Source of the DNA: Blastocystis sp. Blastoise
Taxonomy: Eukaryota; Protista; Bigyra: Opalinata
Assembly: GCA_039096225.1 (NCBI GenBank)
Contig: JBBPEB010000021.1
Location: 868,001-932,000 of the forward strand
Direction of reading: 5' to 3'
DNA: 64,000 nt
Shown here: positions 36,258-49,899 of the stretch, in pieces
How positions within the stretch are numbered: position 1 is the stretch's first letter
Layout: every line of letters begins with the position of its first letter
Program-made: the position numbers and the translations under genes
The notes under the pieces: generated by a model
Told to the model about the DNA's origin: nothing
The model's input: the letters and a program-made list of their open reading frames with translations, nothing else
Database searches by the model: none

Positions 36258-37860
36258 TAAACATAAGAATATCATATATTGATAAGTAATAGAAAATTAT
36301 ATGTAAATTATATATATATATATAATATACCTTGTTACATTGTAGTATTGATGCAGAGAAGTTAATGATTACATAGATTAATAATACTATATATATGTAA
36401 GAATAAGATAAAAAATAAAGATTAAAACAGTCAATATAAAATATTTGTATATCATGTATATATAAAGTTTATATAAATTATTAAAAATTATTAATAATAA
36501 AATATTCAAGTATATAAATGAATATATCTATATAAATATACATATTAATTAGCTGATAAAAAGAAAATATTGAATGAATTTTGAATTATTTAATATCTAT
36601 ATATAAGTATAATATATATAATAAAAGAAAGAGCATATATGTATATTATAATAAATATATTACCTTTTTATATTGACTAAATAATCTAATGTGATAATGA
36701 ATACTTCTATATATAATAATATGTATAAAAGAAAAGTATATGCATATAAGAAAACTAATAGAATAATAAGAATATATATATAAACAATAATGATAATAAA
36801 TACATACTCGAACCACATATAAACGATAGAACCACAATCATAAGGAAATGAATAACTATAATATAAATTTAATTAAATAGATATATATAGTTTTAACAAT
36901 AATAATATAAATATATATATATACAATTCATAACCATTTTTCTCTGTATTTTTGTTTTACATATATAATCATATTAATTTATTCCATAGCTCTATAGAAT
37001 AGAAATAAATATTTTAAACATATATATATATACCTTTAAGGACTCAATAATAGTACTGAAATCGAAAGGTTATAGAACTCCAAAACAATAATTAATCACC
37101 ATTTCTATATAATATATATAATATATTGAAAATAATACAAATATATACTTTCAATACAAATATAAAACCATCTGAATATCACGAACGACCTAGACATTAA
37201 TTTCCTTAGTAGATGTAAACCAATTACTTTTTTCTTTTTAATAATCTCCTAAATAAATAATTAAATATAAAAATAAAAGATAAAATAACATATCACTAGA
37301 ACATACAGCAATGAATATTTTAAAAGAGGAAATGTCCATCATTCTGTCTTCTTCCAATATTGAATAAATAACGTCATCACGCTTTCTAAACCATGTTTCT
37401 AAGCCTATATAAATAATGGTAAATTAAATAAGCATATACCTAAAAGAATGAATCGTCAATTAGTTGATTACCTCGATTCATTGCAATCTTAATATATAAT
37501 AATATACATATAAAAATATAATATAAATATAAAGTATAAAATAACCCTCTAAATAAACAAATAATCCATATAATAATATATATAAAATATACTTTTTTCA
37601 GCAGTTCATTTAAGCCGATGCTGAATAGATTTTTCAAAGATTTAAGTGACTCTGAAAAACTCCAAGAATAGGGATCATATCAAAGAAGACTTTTTATCCC
37701 ATTATTTGAATCTCTAGAAATTATTTTTAAAACTTGCTCATTAAATCCCAAAGAAGTTTTTATCAAAGAGGTTGCTGCCGCTATTTAGGCTGATTTATCG
37801 CTCTCTCCATCCTCAGAATGATTTCTCGTGACATTCAAATATTGATTTTTTTCATATATT
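35500..37860 (-). pseudogene. Cargo gene X copy 1: multi-exon, in-frame stops, unknown family
   Basis: Exon-like blocks bounded by GT/AG, e.g. SA*IAAATSLIKTSLGFNEQVLKIISRDSNNGIKSLL*YDPYSWSFSESLK and GLETWFRKRDDVIYSILEEDRMMDISSFK; boundaries approximate. Confidence 0.45.
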
Positions 37861-38599
37861 ATCATTATAGACATATAAAATGAATCTATGTATGTTTTTT
37901 AGTTATAAATCTATATTTTGTATCATCTGCTGTCATCAAATATTTAATTTTATATAGTAATCAGTTGATCAATTGGTTGCTTATTGTTTACATGCTCAAA
38001 ACAAGCTTTATCTAGTTTCAAATCAACTGAAAAGGTCTTGGTGAACAATAAAGATGAATCTAAGGTATATAATTATTTTACATTTTCTTATCTTGTTTAT
38101 TCTCTGTTATATCTATTTTATTTCTATGCTATTAGTACATCTCTATTATTATCATAGCGTTGTTATGTTGTTCTAACTTAAAAACATATTTTTTACAATT
38201 GAATTACTTTACTTTTCTATTTAGTTGTTTCTCTAATATATATATACTTTAATTTATTTATTTTATTTAATTATTTAGTGAATCTTAACAAATCCAAGCA
38301 TAACCAAAACAAATTGCAATGATTCAAGTCTTTATTAAGGTATATATCTTTTAATAGTATAACTAATTTATTTTAACTGACTATTAATCTATATTTGATA
38401 TTCTTGTCTTTAAAGTTATTGTTATATTATTATTTTATTAATATTATATATTCTTTAGACTTATTGTACTTTTTATTATTTTTCTATAGAGAGTTTGGTC
38501 AGATAGTATTAATTTATGATTGAAGTTATCAGTTGCTATTCTCTTCTTTTATTTAGTTTACTATTCTTTTAAATATTATAGTCATCTTGTTTATAGAAC

Positions 38600-41500
38600 T
38601 TTATTCGCTTCTCTCTAGCACGTTCTTCTCTTAATATGCTATTTCTTCTTCATTCTTCATTCTAATTAACTTCTTACTCCATTTTTTTTTTCTTCTTTTT
38701 CATATGGATATTAGTTCTTCCTTATTCCTTTTCTTAGGTCACCTCTTCATGAATTCTACTATTATTTTGTTGTCCTTTTTATTCTTCTTCTTCTTAACCT
38801 TTTGATTCTTCTTCTTCTTTCATTCTTCTATCTTCTATCTTCTATCTTCTATCTTCTATCTTTATTATTCTTCTTTCATCTATACATCTTATTTTACTTA
38901 TAATTCCTTTCTGCTTCTCATTCTCATTATAGATTTACTTCTCATTCTCATTGTTATTGCTATTTCTTCTTTTTCTTGTCCTTCTTGTCCTTCTTGTCCT
39001 TCTTGTCCTTCTTCAACTTATTCTTAGTCCTATATTAGTCTTACTTCCTATTTTTTTCTTATTTAGTCTCTTATTTTTTCTGTTATTCAGTTTCTCCTTA
39101 TATCTCACTTTCTCCTTCTTGTTTCACGTCTCCTAATATTTTATTTTTTCTTTCTTATTTTTATTACTATCCACGTCCTACTTCTCCCTTTCCTTCATAT
39201 GCTACTTTTTCCTTCTCCGTTGCCTTCTTCGTCTTATTCAAGTTTTTGTTATACTTCCCATTCTTTTCTCATTGTAAATAACCATTTTTTTCTTCTGTTT
39301 CTTTTCAATTCTTCTTCTTCTTCTTACTCCTATTTTCTTTCTTGTTCTTGTTCTCCAATTATTAATCTTCTTCTACTTATTCTCATTCTATTTATCGTTT
39401 AATTTCGCTTTCTACTCCATATACTTATTCTCATTCTATTTTGATTTTTTCTTCCTAGTTTTCATCTAATTCTAATTCTATTTCTTATTCCTGGTGTTAT
39501 TCGTAGTTTCTTTTTAATTTCGTTCTCCTTATTAATTCACTTTCTATTTCTGTCTACTACCTATTCACCTACTTCTTCTTATTTACCTTCTACCTTTTTG
39601 TCTCATTCTCGTTATCTTTCACAATCTACTTCTATGTCTACTTTTTCTTCTTCTTATTATTATTATTCATTTCATATTCTTATTCACATTATCCTTTTAA
39701 CTATTATTCTCCTTCTACTTCTGATTCTACTTCATAATCATTTTACTTCTTATTCTCCTTCTTCTTCTTCTTCTTCTTCTTCTATAAATTATATTATCAT
39801 TGTCTTTCTCTCTCTATATTCTACTTCTGTATACTTTTTACTCATTTTCCTTTGTACATATTTCTTTGTTACTCTTATTCTTATTTTTAATAGTACTATT
39901 CTTTTTCTTCTAATTAGCCTAGTTTCTTTATCATTTTTCTTCTTCTAATTGTTATTAGTATTATGATTCTATTCCTCCATCTTCTTCTTATTTTATTTTT
40001 ACTTCTGCTTAACATACTCCTTATTCTATTCTTTGTTTTTTTTATTCATCTTCTAATTCTTCTTCTTATCATTTTCCTTCTTCTTCCTGTTTTTGTTATA
40101 ATTCTTCATCTTAGTTTTATTCAACTATTCTTATTTTCATTATTCACTCTTTCTCTTTCTCCTTGCACTTATTATTATTCTCCATCTTCTTCTTCTTCTC
40201 CTTTTTATTCTGTTTATTCTTCTTATTCTTGCTATTCTTATTTTTATTTATATTCTATTTCTTGTTTTTATTATATTATCTTTACACCTCTTTATCTTCT
40301 CCTCGTTAGTATTCTGATTTTTCAACGACTTTTTATTTTCATTCTCAATCTCATTCTACTACATATTTTCATTTCTCTTCTCCTTCTCCTATATTTGTAC
40401 TTTTGTTGTTGCCCTTATACATATGGTTCTACTTATACTTATTGTTATCATTTTTATTCTCCTTCTCCTTCTCCTTCTCCTTCTATTTCCACTTCTAAGT
40501 CTAAGTCTATTTATACATCTCTTATGCTTCTACTACTACTTTATTTGTCATGTTCTTATTCTTATTCTTATCCTTATCCTTATCCTTATCTAAATTCTTC
40601 TTATTTTACTTTCTTCTACTTGCTTGTCTAGTTCTCTTTATTCTAATGGTATGCTTCACTTTTTGTATTCTTCATATTCTTCTACTTTTACATGTTCTTT
40701 TTTCTCCAAATTAATCTCATTTTTCTTCTGCATTTCCTTTTACTTCTTATTATCTTTCTTTTTTTCCTTCTACTTTTCCTTATCTTTATTCTGGTTTTCT
40801 TCTTCTTCTTCTTGTTCCCTATCTTTTCCTTCTTCTATATCATTTCTTCTCTATATTCTCTTTTTCTTCTTCTTATTTGTATCGTCCTTCTCCTTGTTTT
40901 AATTCTTCTTGTTTTCATTCTTCTTGTTTTCACTCTTCTCATTCTATTTCTTCTTGTTTTCACTCTTCTCATTCTATTTCTTCTTTTTACAATTTCCATT
41001 CTTCTATTCTAATTCTAATTTTTCTTATTTTCATTCTGCTTCTTGTTATTCTTCATATACCTATTAATTTACTTCGAATTCTCCTTTTCATTCTATTTTT
41101 CATTATCAGGCTTATTATTGTTCTCCAACATATTTTTTCTTCAATCTCATTATCTCCTTCTGCTTCTACTTCTTATCTTCATTTTCCTCTCTCTTCCTTG
41201 TACTTCTACTTATTCTTCTTATTCTTATTCTTATTCCTATTATCTTTCCTATTTTCATTTTTTTTTATCATTCTTATTCTTATTCTTATTATCTTTCATA
41301 TTTTACTTTTTCTTATCATTCTTATTCTCAATATAATTCTCATTCTCTTTATTATACTTCTCCTTATCTTGCTACTTCAACTTCTACTTCTACTTCAACT
41401 TCTTATTCTCCTTCTATTTATATTAGTTCTATTTCCTTTCTTATTCTTCTTCTTATTTCACTTCTCATTCTTTTTCTAATTATTCTACTTCCTTTTCGTT

Positions 41501-44500
41501 TTCTTTATTCATCTCATGCTACTTCTTCTTCTTCTTCTTCTTTTCACTTTTTTGTATCATTATTATTTTCATTCCTTTCTTATTTCAATTCTAGTTCTTT
41601 TACTTGTACTTCGTCTCATTCAACTTCTTTTCCTTCGTGTCTTTATTCTTCTACTTGTAATTATAATTTTACTGTTACTTTTACTTGTACTTCTACTACT
41701 ACTACTACTTACTCTTATTCTTCTAATTCTATTTCTACTACTACTACTATTTCTACTATTTATTATCATTATTATTTTCATTCTACTTCTACTACTATTT
41801 ACTCGTATTTTTCTACTTCTATTATACTTATATATCTACTACTATTTACTCTTATTCTTATACTTCTCATTCTACTTGTACATCTACTACTACTTACATT
41901 TATACATATACGTCCACTTCTACTTTTTCTTCTACTTCTAGTTCTACTTGTACTTCTTAGTTTTCCTTCCTCTAGTTCTTATATTTCTACTTCTACTACC
42001 ACTACTTGCTATTTCTCCTTCTACTTTCAATTCTCCTTTTACTGTACTTGTACTACTATTAACTCTTATTCTTCAATTTGAACTTCTCCTTTTTTTCTTC
42101 TACTTTTTCTTTGATTCTTCTTCTAGTTCTACTATTTCTAGTTCTTCTTGTTTATCAACTTATATTCATCATTTTACATCTACTTTTACTAATACAACTT
42201 CTTATTATTATTTTTCATATTATATTCTTTTAATTCTAATTCTTATTCCTATTCTTGTCCTACTTCTATTTCTTCTTCTATTTATACTTATACTTACACT
42301 TTATTTATTCTTATTCATATTCTCTTTCTTCTTCTTCGATTTATACTATACTTATATTATTTATTCTCCTTTTTATTCTCTTATTTTCTTTATACTATAC
42401 TTCTTTTATTTATACTTATACATATTATGCTTCTCCTTCTACTTCTCCTTCTCCTTCTAAGTCTAAGTCTATTTATACTTCTACTATTACTTTCGAAGTC
42501 ATATTCTTATTCTTATTCTTATTCTTCTCCAGATTCTTCTTTTTTTTGCTTTTCTTCTACTTGTTCGCCTAGTTATTTTTATTCTATTTATACACTTCTC
42601 ATTTCTCATTCTCCGTATTCATCTACTTTACGTATTCTGTTTTATTCTAAATTCGTCTCATTTTGATTCTATTTCTTCTTCTACGTCTTATTTATATTCC
42701 TATTCTCTTTCTTATTTTCATTCTACTTTTCTTTCTGTAATTCTGTTCTTGCTCTAATTCTTCTTCTACTTTATCTTCTTCTTCTCCTTATTTCCTATCT
42801 TCTCTTTCTTCTATATCATTTTTTAGTCTATATTATGTCTTTCTTGTTATTCTTTTTATTTGAAGTATCCTTCTTTTTCTTATTTTCATTCCTGTTCTTG
42901 TTCTCATTCTTCTTATTATATTTCTTCTTTTTTACAATTCTTTTTCTCCTCACTGTAAATCTAATTTTTCTCTTTTTCCTTCTGCTTTTTCTTTTTGTGA
43001 TTCTTATTTTAATTCACATTATCCTTTTCCTTCTATTTCTCTTTATCTTCCTTATTATCGTCATTCCTATTCTTTTTCAACATTACCTTCTCCTTCTGCT
43101 TGTACTTCTTTTTTTCATTTTCCTTATACTCCTCCTTGTACTTCTAATTATCTTTCTTATTCTTATTCCTATTATCTTTCAATTCTTTCTTTTTTCTTTT
43201 ATTCTCAATCTTTTTATTATATTTCTCATTGTTTTTTTTCTTCTTCTTCTATTTATACTTGTTAAAGTTTTTCTACTTCTTATTATTCTTTTACTTCTCA
43301 TTCTATTTCTCAAGATTTTACTCCTTATTACATTTCTTTATTCATCTCATTCTCCTAATTCTTCTTCTTCTTCTTCTTCTTCTTCTTATTATTATTTTTG
43401 TTACTATTTCTCCTCACTATTATTTCTTCTTCTTCTTATACATTTCCTTCTTTTCCTTCAGCTTCTTTCATTTCTTCCTTTATTCTTATATTTCTACTTG
43501 TACTTCTACTCATATTTCTACGACTATTACTTACTCTATTCTTTTTTTTCAATTTTAACTTCTACACTACTACTAATACTACTACTAATGCTACTACTTA
43601 CTCTTCTACTTGTACTTCTGCTTGTACTTCTACTCCTATTCATACTTTTACTTCTACTACTTCTTATGCTATACATCCACTTCTATCACTACTACTACTT
43701 TTTCAACTTATTTTACTTGCACTTATGTTTCTCCTTGTTCTTCTATTTCCCTTTCTTCTTCTTGTTTTCATTCCCATTAGCATTATTGCCATTCTTCTAT
43801 TTCTTATTCTCATTCAATTTTTTATTATCAATATTTTTTCTTCTTCTTCTACTTCTTTCGTTTTGTTTCTTCTATTTCGTCTCTTTCTTTTCTATATTCT
43901 CTTTCTCTTCCTTCTTCTTTTTATGTTTCTCCTTTTCTAATTTTCTCATTCTTCTTCTTCTATTGATTTTCTTTTTCCTTTTCCTTCTCCTTCTACACTA
44001 TCTCTACTTTTGTTTCTACTACTATACTTTTATTTCTTTTTTCTTTCCTTTTACTTCAACTTATATGTCTACTTCTCTATCTCTTTTTCAATATTCTTCT
44101 TCTCATTCTTCTTATATTTATTTTTTACTTTTAGTTTTTACTTATACTTCTCATTATTCTTGTCTTTCTTCTATTTTTCTTTCTCCTTCTTCTTTTCCTT
44201 CTTCTTTTCCTTCTCTTTTTCTTCCTTCTCCTTTTTCTCCTTCTTCTCTTGTTCCTTCTTGTCCTTCTTCTATTTGTCCTTCTTGTTCTTCTTGTCATTC
44301 CTATTCTTCTTCTTCTTCTTCTTCTTCTTCTTCTTCTTCTCATTCTTCTCATTCTTCTTCATTTCATTCTTCTTATCATTTTCTTTCTCTTTCTGTTTCT
44401 TCTTCGCTTTATAATTTCACTTTTCCTTCTTCTTCTTCTCTTTCTTTTTTCCTTCATTTTTTCTCGTTCTTCTCTTTCCTCTCCTCATTCTCTTTGTCAT

Positions 44501-45050
44501 TCTTATTTTCTTATCCTTCTCCTTCTTCTTCTCCTTCTTATCTTTCTCTTTCCTATTCTCCTTTTTATTCATATTTTGCTCCTCTCCTTCTATTCTCTTT
44601 TGAGTCTCTTCTTTTTCCACTTTTATTCTCATATTTCTTCTTCTATACCCACATATTATCCCTTCTCCGTCTTCTTTTTCTATATTATCATTATACTTCT
44701 ACTTCTAATCATTCTCATTCTACTTATTCTTACCTTCTATTGATGTTTTTCTTTTTCTTCTTCTTCTTCTTCTTCTTGTCCTTTATCTTGTCCTTCTCCT
44801 TCTCACTCGTCTTATTCTTGTCCTTGTCCTTGTCCTTGTCCTTGTCCTTGTTCTTCTATATCTCCTTGTCCTTCTACTTCTACTTTTTCTCTTTCTCATT
44901 TTACTTCTGCTGCCACTTTTTTATCAACTTCTATTATCATTCTTCATCTACGTATATTACTACCACTTCTTATTATAAATTTCCTATTCCTATTATTCTA
45001 AGAATCGTTTTCTTCATTCAATTGAAGTTGAATTCTCGTTTTTTAAAACT
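38600..45050. other. 6.4-kb pyrimidine-rich, G-depleted (plus strand) low-complexity tract
   Basis: TCT/TAT/ACT triplet mosaic with dispersed repeats (CTTCTAAGTCTAAGTCTATTTATAC at ~40491 and ~42453; ATTCACATTATCCTTT at ~39682 and ~43012). Confidence 0.85.
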
Positions 45051-45255
45051 CTATACACAATATTTGATATATTGAATTATATATATATTGATATATAAAA
45101 CAATAAATAGAATTGTGTATATATGTTACTTTTATTAGTATGAAGAATAACATATATAGAAAAACATATGTATTATATATATATGAATATATATATACTT
45201 AATCGGATATATTAGAATTCTATAATATATTATAAATAAGCATATGTATAGAATG

Positions 45256-45300
<45 letters not shown>

Positions 45301-46610
45301 TGTATATGTATGTAGAATAGATATACATATGTATTGAATAGTATACATGTATACATATATATATAAATTTATATATATTAAATATTGTGTAGAAAATAGA
45401 AATTCTAATATATTAATATATTTATGTAGAATCATGTAATATATATATATATATATATATTCTTGATTAAAAATATTAATAGTTCATATGATATGTCTAA
45501 TTTGTTTTCTTTTATTCTTTCTTTTAGCACTATATATTGTTTAGTATTATCTTTTAAATCATTTAATTTATTTTTAACACTTTTTTAATAACTTATAATC
45601 TATTTTTTGCTTTTTGTTTCATTTGATATATAATATATACAAACGATTGCATTTCTATAAATATGTTATTATAAGAGTATGATTTATTTATTTAAGTTTG
45701 TTTAGAAGAGTCATGACAACAATATCTTTTGACTATCCCATCCAGAAACATCATCACCTTGGAAATCGAACATAAACGGGTAATTTGAAATGTAACATCT
45801 GTAAACAAGTCTTCTTTTTGGGGGTTTTTTGTTTTTTTATTCGATACTCTAGCTTTTACATTTATAGTAAAAACTACATTCTCTAGTTGAAACTTTTTAC
45901 ATACATAATTTTGACTCCATATGTTTTTACAGTCTCAAATTTTGTTATTTATTCACTATCTTTAAACTTATGATAGTTCACCTTAATCAAACAAAAACAT
46001 ATTTCCACTTCTGGTTGTGTCTGAACTGAATCAGTTACCAAATTATAACATAAAAATAGTCTACATGAATCTAATATTGATTTACAGATATCTTTGTTGT
46101 TAAATATGCAGTAATTAAAGCTTCAATTGTCTAAATATGTCAAAATTAAAATAAAGTATATTCTTGTGATTCTGGACAACAAATTTCATTTTTATAGTGA
46201 TTAATTAATGAAAAATCATGAAAATTTACGTTGTAGTTTTTAAAAGCTTTATTCGAGAGCAATACAATATATTATTACACTATAAATGACACTAATCAGT
46301 CGATATAAGTGTCTGCAGTATTTATACTATCCTTAATCCAAAAATTTGAGATAATTATATTTAATTTGTAAATAAAAATGCTTATCTTAAATTAAATAAC
46401 TACTTTTCTAAATTATTATAATAATCTATTAAAATATTTCTTATGTTTTAATTACTACAAAATTTTTATGTAAGCTTTAATAAAGAAAATATAAATATAT
46501 TCTTGAGTATATTTTTTCTAATAATGACAAAAGAAATAAAAAGAATTTTAATTGGCTATGAAGAATTTGTGTTTTCAAACCACCAATCGTTTAGAGTCTA
46601 AAATAAACAG

Positions 46611-46745
46611 TTGGGTATTTCTACCAATTTTGTAAAAATTTTGGGTATTTTAACAAAACTTTTGAATATTTTTGGGTATTTCTAACAATTCGATTTTTTT
46701 TTGGGTAGGTTAAAATAATTATGGTTTTTTTGGGTATTTCTAACA
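46611..46745 (-). repeat. Inner right end: 5 x TTGGGTATTTCTA(A/C)C-like motif, ~30-bp period
   Basis: Copies at ~46611, 46641, 46672, 46701 (degenerate) and 46730; ends immediately before the transposase ATG. Confidence 0.85.
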
Positions 46746-49700
46746 ATGCCTCTTACTGATAATAATCTCTTCATGGATGTTGAAGTATATAAATGCCCTG
46801 TTCTTAAGAGTCTTCTAAAACATAATAATACATATAATAAGTTTATAATTTATAATATAAACAATCAACGATGGTATTGTATTTCGTGCTTATTGTTTTC
46901 AAAAGATCCCATTATTCTTGGTGAAATCTATTCAACAACTTCTGTTAATGCTCATAAAAACTCAAAGTCACACAAAGAATCCATGAAAATGTTTAAGTCA
47001 CTACTTAATAATCTTCAAAATAATCAGACGCTTCTTATTAATAGTACTCATTCCATTTCAACAAATAACAAAAAAGTCTGGAAGTACTTTTTCATGAAAA
47101 TGTTTAACTGTATGTCTCTTTGTCTATCTAGTATCCATTCAATATATGGAGAGACAACAAGACTTACTTCTCCTCATTGTGGTATCTTTTTGAAATTGCT
47201 ACTTTTGACTGGAAAGAATGATGAGTTATTCAACACTTTTCTAAAAGAGAATCAATACATTTATCAATCTGTGAGATCCACTCAGAAGTGGATAGAATTG
47301 ATATCAAATGATCTTATGCGTTCATTAAGAAATAGAATAGGAAATAGAATATATAGTATAACAACAGATGGTACTACTTGTCATAATATTGAGCAATTGG
47401 TTGTTACTATTAGGTTTTGTAATGATAATTTTGCTGTTAATCAATATTTTCTTAGTATGATGGAAGAAACATCTCCATCTGGAGTTAAAATAGCACAAAA
47501 TATAAAAGCATGCTTAGATATGAAAGAATTAGATATAAAAGATTTATGTTCTGTGTCATATGATAATTGTATTTGCAATACCAGTAATATTTCTGGAATT
47601 GTTTCAGGATTGAAACAACCTCCTGGAACAATTTTGGGATATGGATGTCGTGCTCATCTCCTTAACTTGGCACTTCTTGACCTTCAAAATAGTACTATTG
47701 ATTCTTTTTTATATATAACGTTGATAAATGATGTTGCCGTTTCTTGGGCAAAGTGTTCAAGGCTAAGAGTTATAATTAAAAACCATAATTTCAGTAAATA
47801 TACTCTTCCTCAAGTATCACAAACAAGGTTTATTGCAAGATACTACTCTATTATCCCCTATGTTGCCCATCCAAAACAAACGTTGTGCAAAATATTTTTG
47901 CTATACTTCTATTCCTACAATAAAAAAAATGTTTGTAATAATAATTCTGAAAAAATGCTTCAGTCGTTCGGTGAGTTATCTTTTCACATTTTCCTTGAGT
48001 GTTGGTTTCGAATACTATGCGTTGTTAATCATGCATCATCACAATTGCAATCAGAGACACTAACTGTAAATGAATCCATGAAAATTATCAAAAGATTATA
48101 TAATGATATTTCTAATTTATCTTCGTCTGATAATATAACTGAAATGTATGCAAATGCTATACAACGACGTGAGTATATCTATAGTTTTTTAGATGATTTA
48201 GTCAAATGTTTTGAACGAAACAAATATGATAATACAAGTGATTATTCCATAAATAGTATATTGCAAATCATGAAAAAGATTCCTGATTATTCAAGCAAAT
48301 GGAATAAACTGTCCATGGATGAATGGAAAAATAATATTGATGTTTTGGAAGCAATTGAATGTGAGGAAGATGAATGTATTATGAAGTCCAATGATAATGA
48401 TGATGAAATAATTGAATTATATGGTAAAAATTCAGAACTTCATTCAACATTCTCTTTTACTGAGTCAATTAGATCTATTCTTAATCATAGAGATGAGGCT
48501 GAGAAGAAAAACTTTGATGAAATGTGCTTACAAAAAGGATTGAACGTGAATTCACGAAAAAGGTATGTTGAAATATGCAATATTATTTTGTTTCTCTTAA
48601 AATATTGGGAATTCATTAATATATATATATAGAACTAGACAGAATGTCTTAATCAATAGAGACAATGACTCTAATATGGCTCCAGTTATTGAAAATAGGA
48701 ACCATTTCTCTCATCCAGGTAGAAATGACAAAATCGTGTCAAATATAAATTTATTTACAGCAGAACAATATATTGATTATGTAATGAACGCTGAAATTGA
48801 AAAGAGAAATGATGGTGCTCTGTCTAGCAAAAATTGTGAAAAAAGTTTGAATATTTTACCCAAAGGTTTTCAAATTCAGGATGATGATATTTGCATTTTA
48901 TATGATTCTCTATTTCCTTCTTCAAATTCAGAAACAACAAATGCTTCTGGTTGTGCTAATAGTCAGGTTACTGAAATTCAACCAAAAAATAATTCTTGTG
49001 GTGATACTTTATTATCAATTTCTCCATTCAAAAGGTGTCGTGGAAGGCCAAGAAAGAACAGGAATGATATACAGTGTGATTCAGATTGTTTCAAAGAAAC
49101 GAATACAATAATTTCTGGTTGTAAAAGAAGTACTACTTCTTATAGTGACTTTGGCAGTAGTAACTATTCAAACAAACACGAAAAACGTTTACAAAATGAA
49201 CAAAATAAGAATATTTCAAACGATGAGAAGAAAAAAATGATCATTACTACTATTTCTTCTCAGCAATATAATATTATGTTTAAGAATGAAAAGAATAATG
49301 TATATCGTTTTTCAGCTAATTTCAATTTGATGATTCTTCAACTCAAGCAGAATTTAGCAAGTCGTCTCTTTAAGAATATCATACAAGATTTATCTATTTG
49401 CTATTTCATTTCCACAGAATTTATTCTACAAACAGAAAGTAGTTTTCAAAATGTTTTTGTTGATACTTTTTATGGTTTATTTTCTTCTCGTTTTTCTGAT
49501 AATTATTGTATAGAAATGGAAAAGATTATGTCATACTTGAAAGAAACCGCGATTCTAACGTCTTCAATTGCTTCATTAGTAGATTTAGTAAGAAATCACT
49601 TCCCAAAGTCTTACATTCTTTACAAACAAACAGTTGAGCTGTGCCTTACAATAAACCCAACCAGCATAAAGAGTGAGTCGTCGTTTAGTATTCTTAAAAG

Positions 49701-49899
49701 GGTAAAATCTTATAGTCAAAACGGAATGAAAGGAAATCTCCTTGAAGCTTATATGTCTTGCACTTGTAATGAGTGCCTTCTGTCGTCTCTTAATGCCTCT
49801 AAAATTGTTGATGATTATATGGATGGACTACACCTACAACCTTTGAGTAATACATTAATTCAAAGAGTACTTAAAACTGAACTTCTTAAAACATTATAA
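46746..49899 (+). CDS. hAT-family DDE transposase (ZnF-TTF-like, DUF4371-like core, hAT dimerisation domain); one intron 48563-48632
   Basis: WYCISCLLF zinc-finger; YSITTDGTT (D), VSYDN (D), GCRAHLLNL (CxxH), SQTRF, PTSIKSESSFSILKRVK (E); the GTATGT...ATATAG intron joins the two ORFs in frame (~1027 aa). Confidence 0.9.

Larger units (their letters stand above)
28730..46745. mobile_element. Nested 18,016-bp element with TGT...ACA termini; no recognisable transposase of its own
   Basis: TGTTAGAAATACCCA (28730-28744) is the exact reverse complement of TGGGTATTTCTAACA (46731-46745); the core repeats at ~30-bp period, 3 copies left and 5 right, with the second copy degenerate at both ends. Confidence 0.75.

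Noticed and set aside
38951-45075. Many long plus-strand ORFs rich in L/F/S/Y, including the 746-aa ORF, as membrane proteins
   Set aside because: They are open in several frames at once because the pyrimidine bias suppresses stops, and composition switches with triplet register
46611-46745. Mini-CRISPR array
   Set aside because: Repeats of ~14 bp with ~15-bp AT-rich spacers, no cas genes, eukaryotic context, and an inverted counterpart at 28730, so better explained as element ends
48633-49899. Treating ORFs 46746-48632 and 48676-49899 as two genes
   Set aside because: A canonical 70-nt intron joins them in frame, and the catalytic Glu/dimerisation motif lies in the second part
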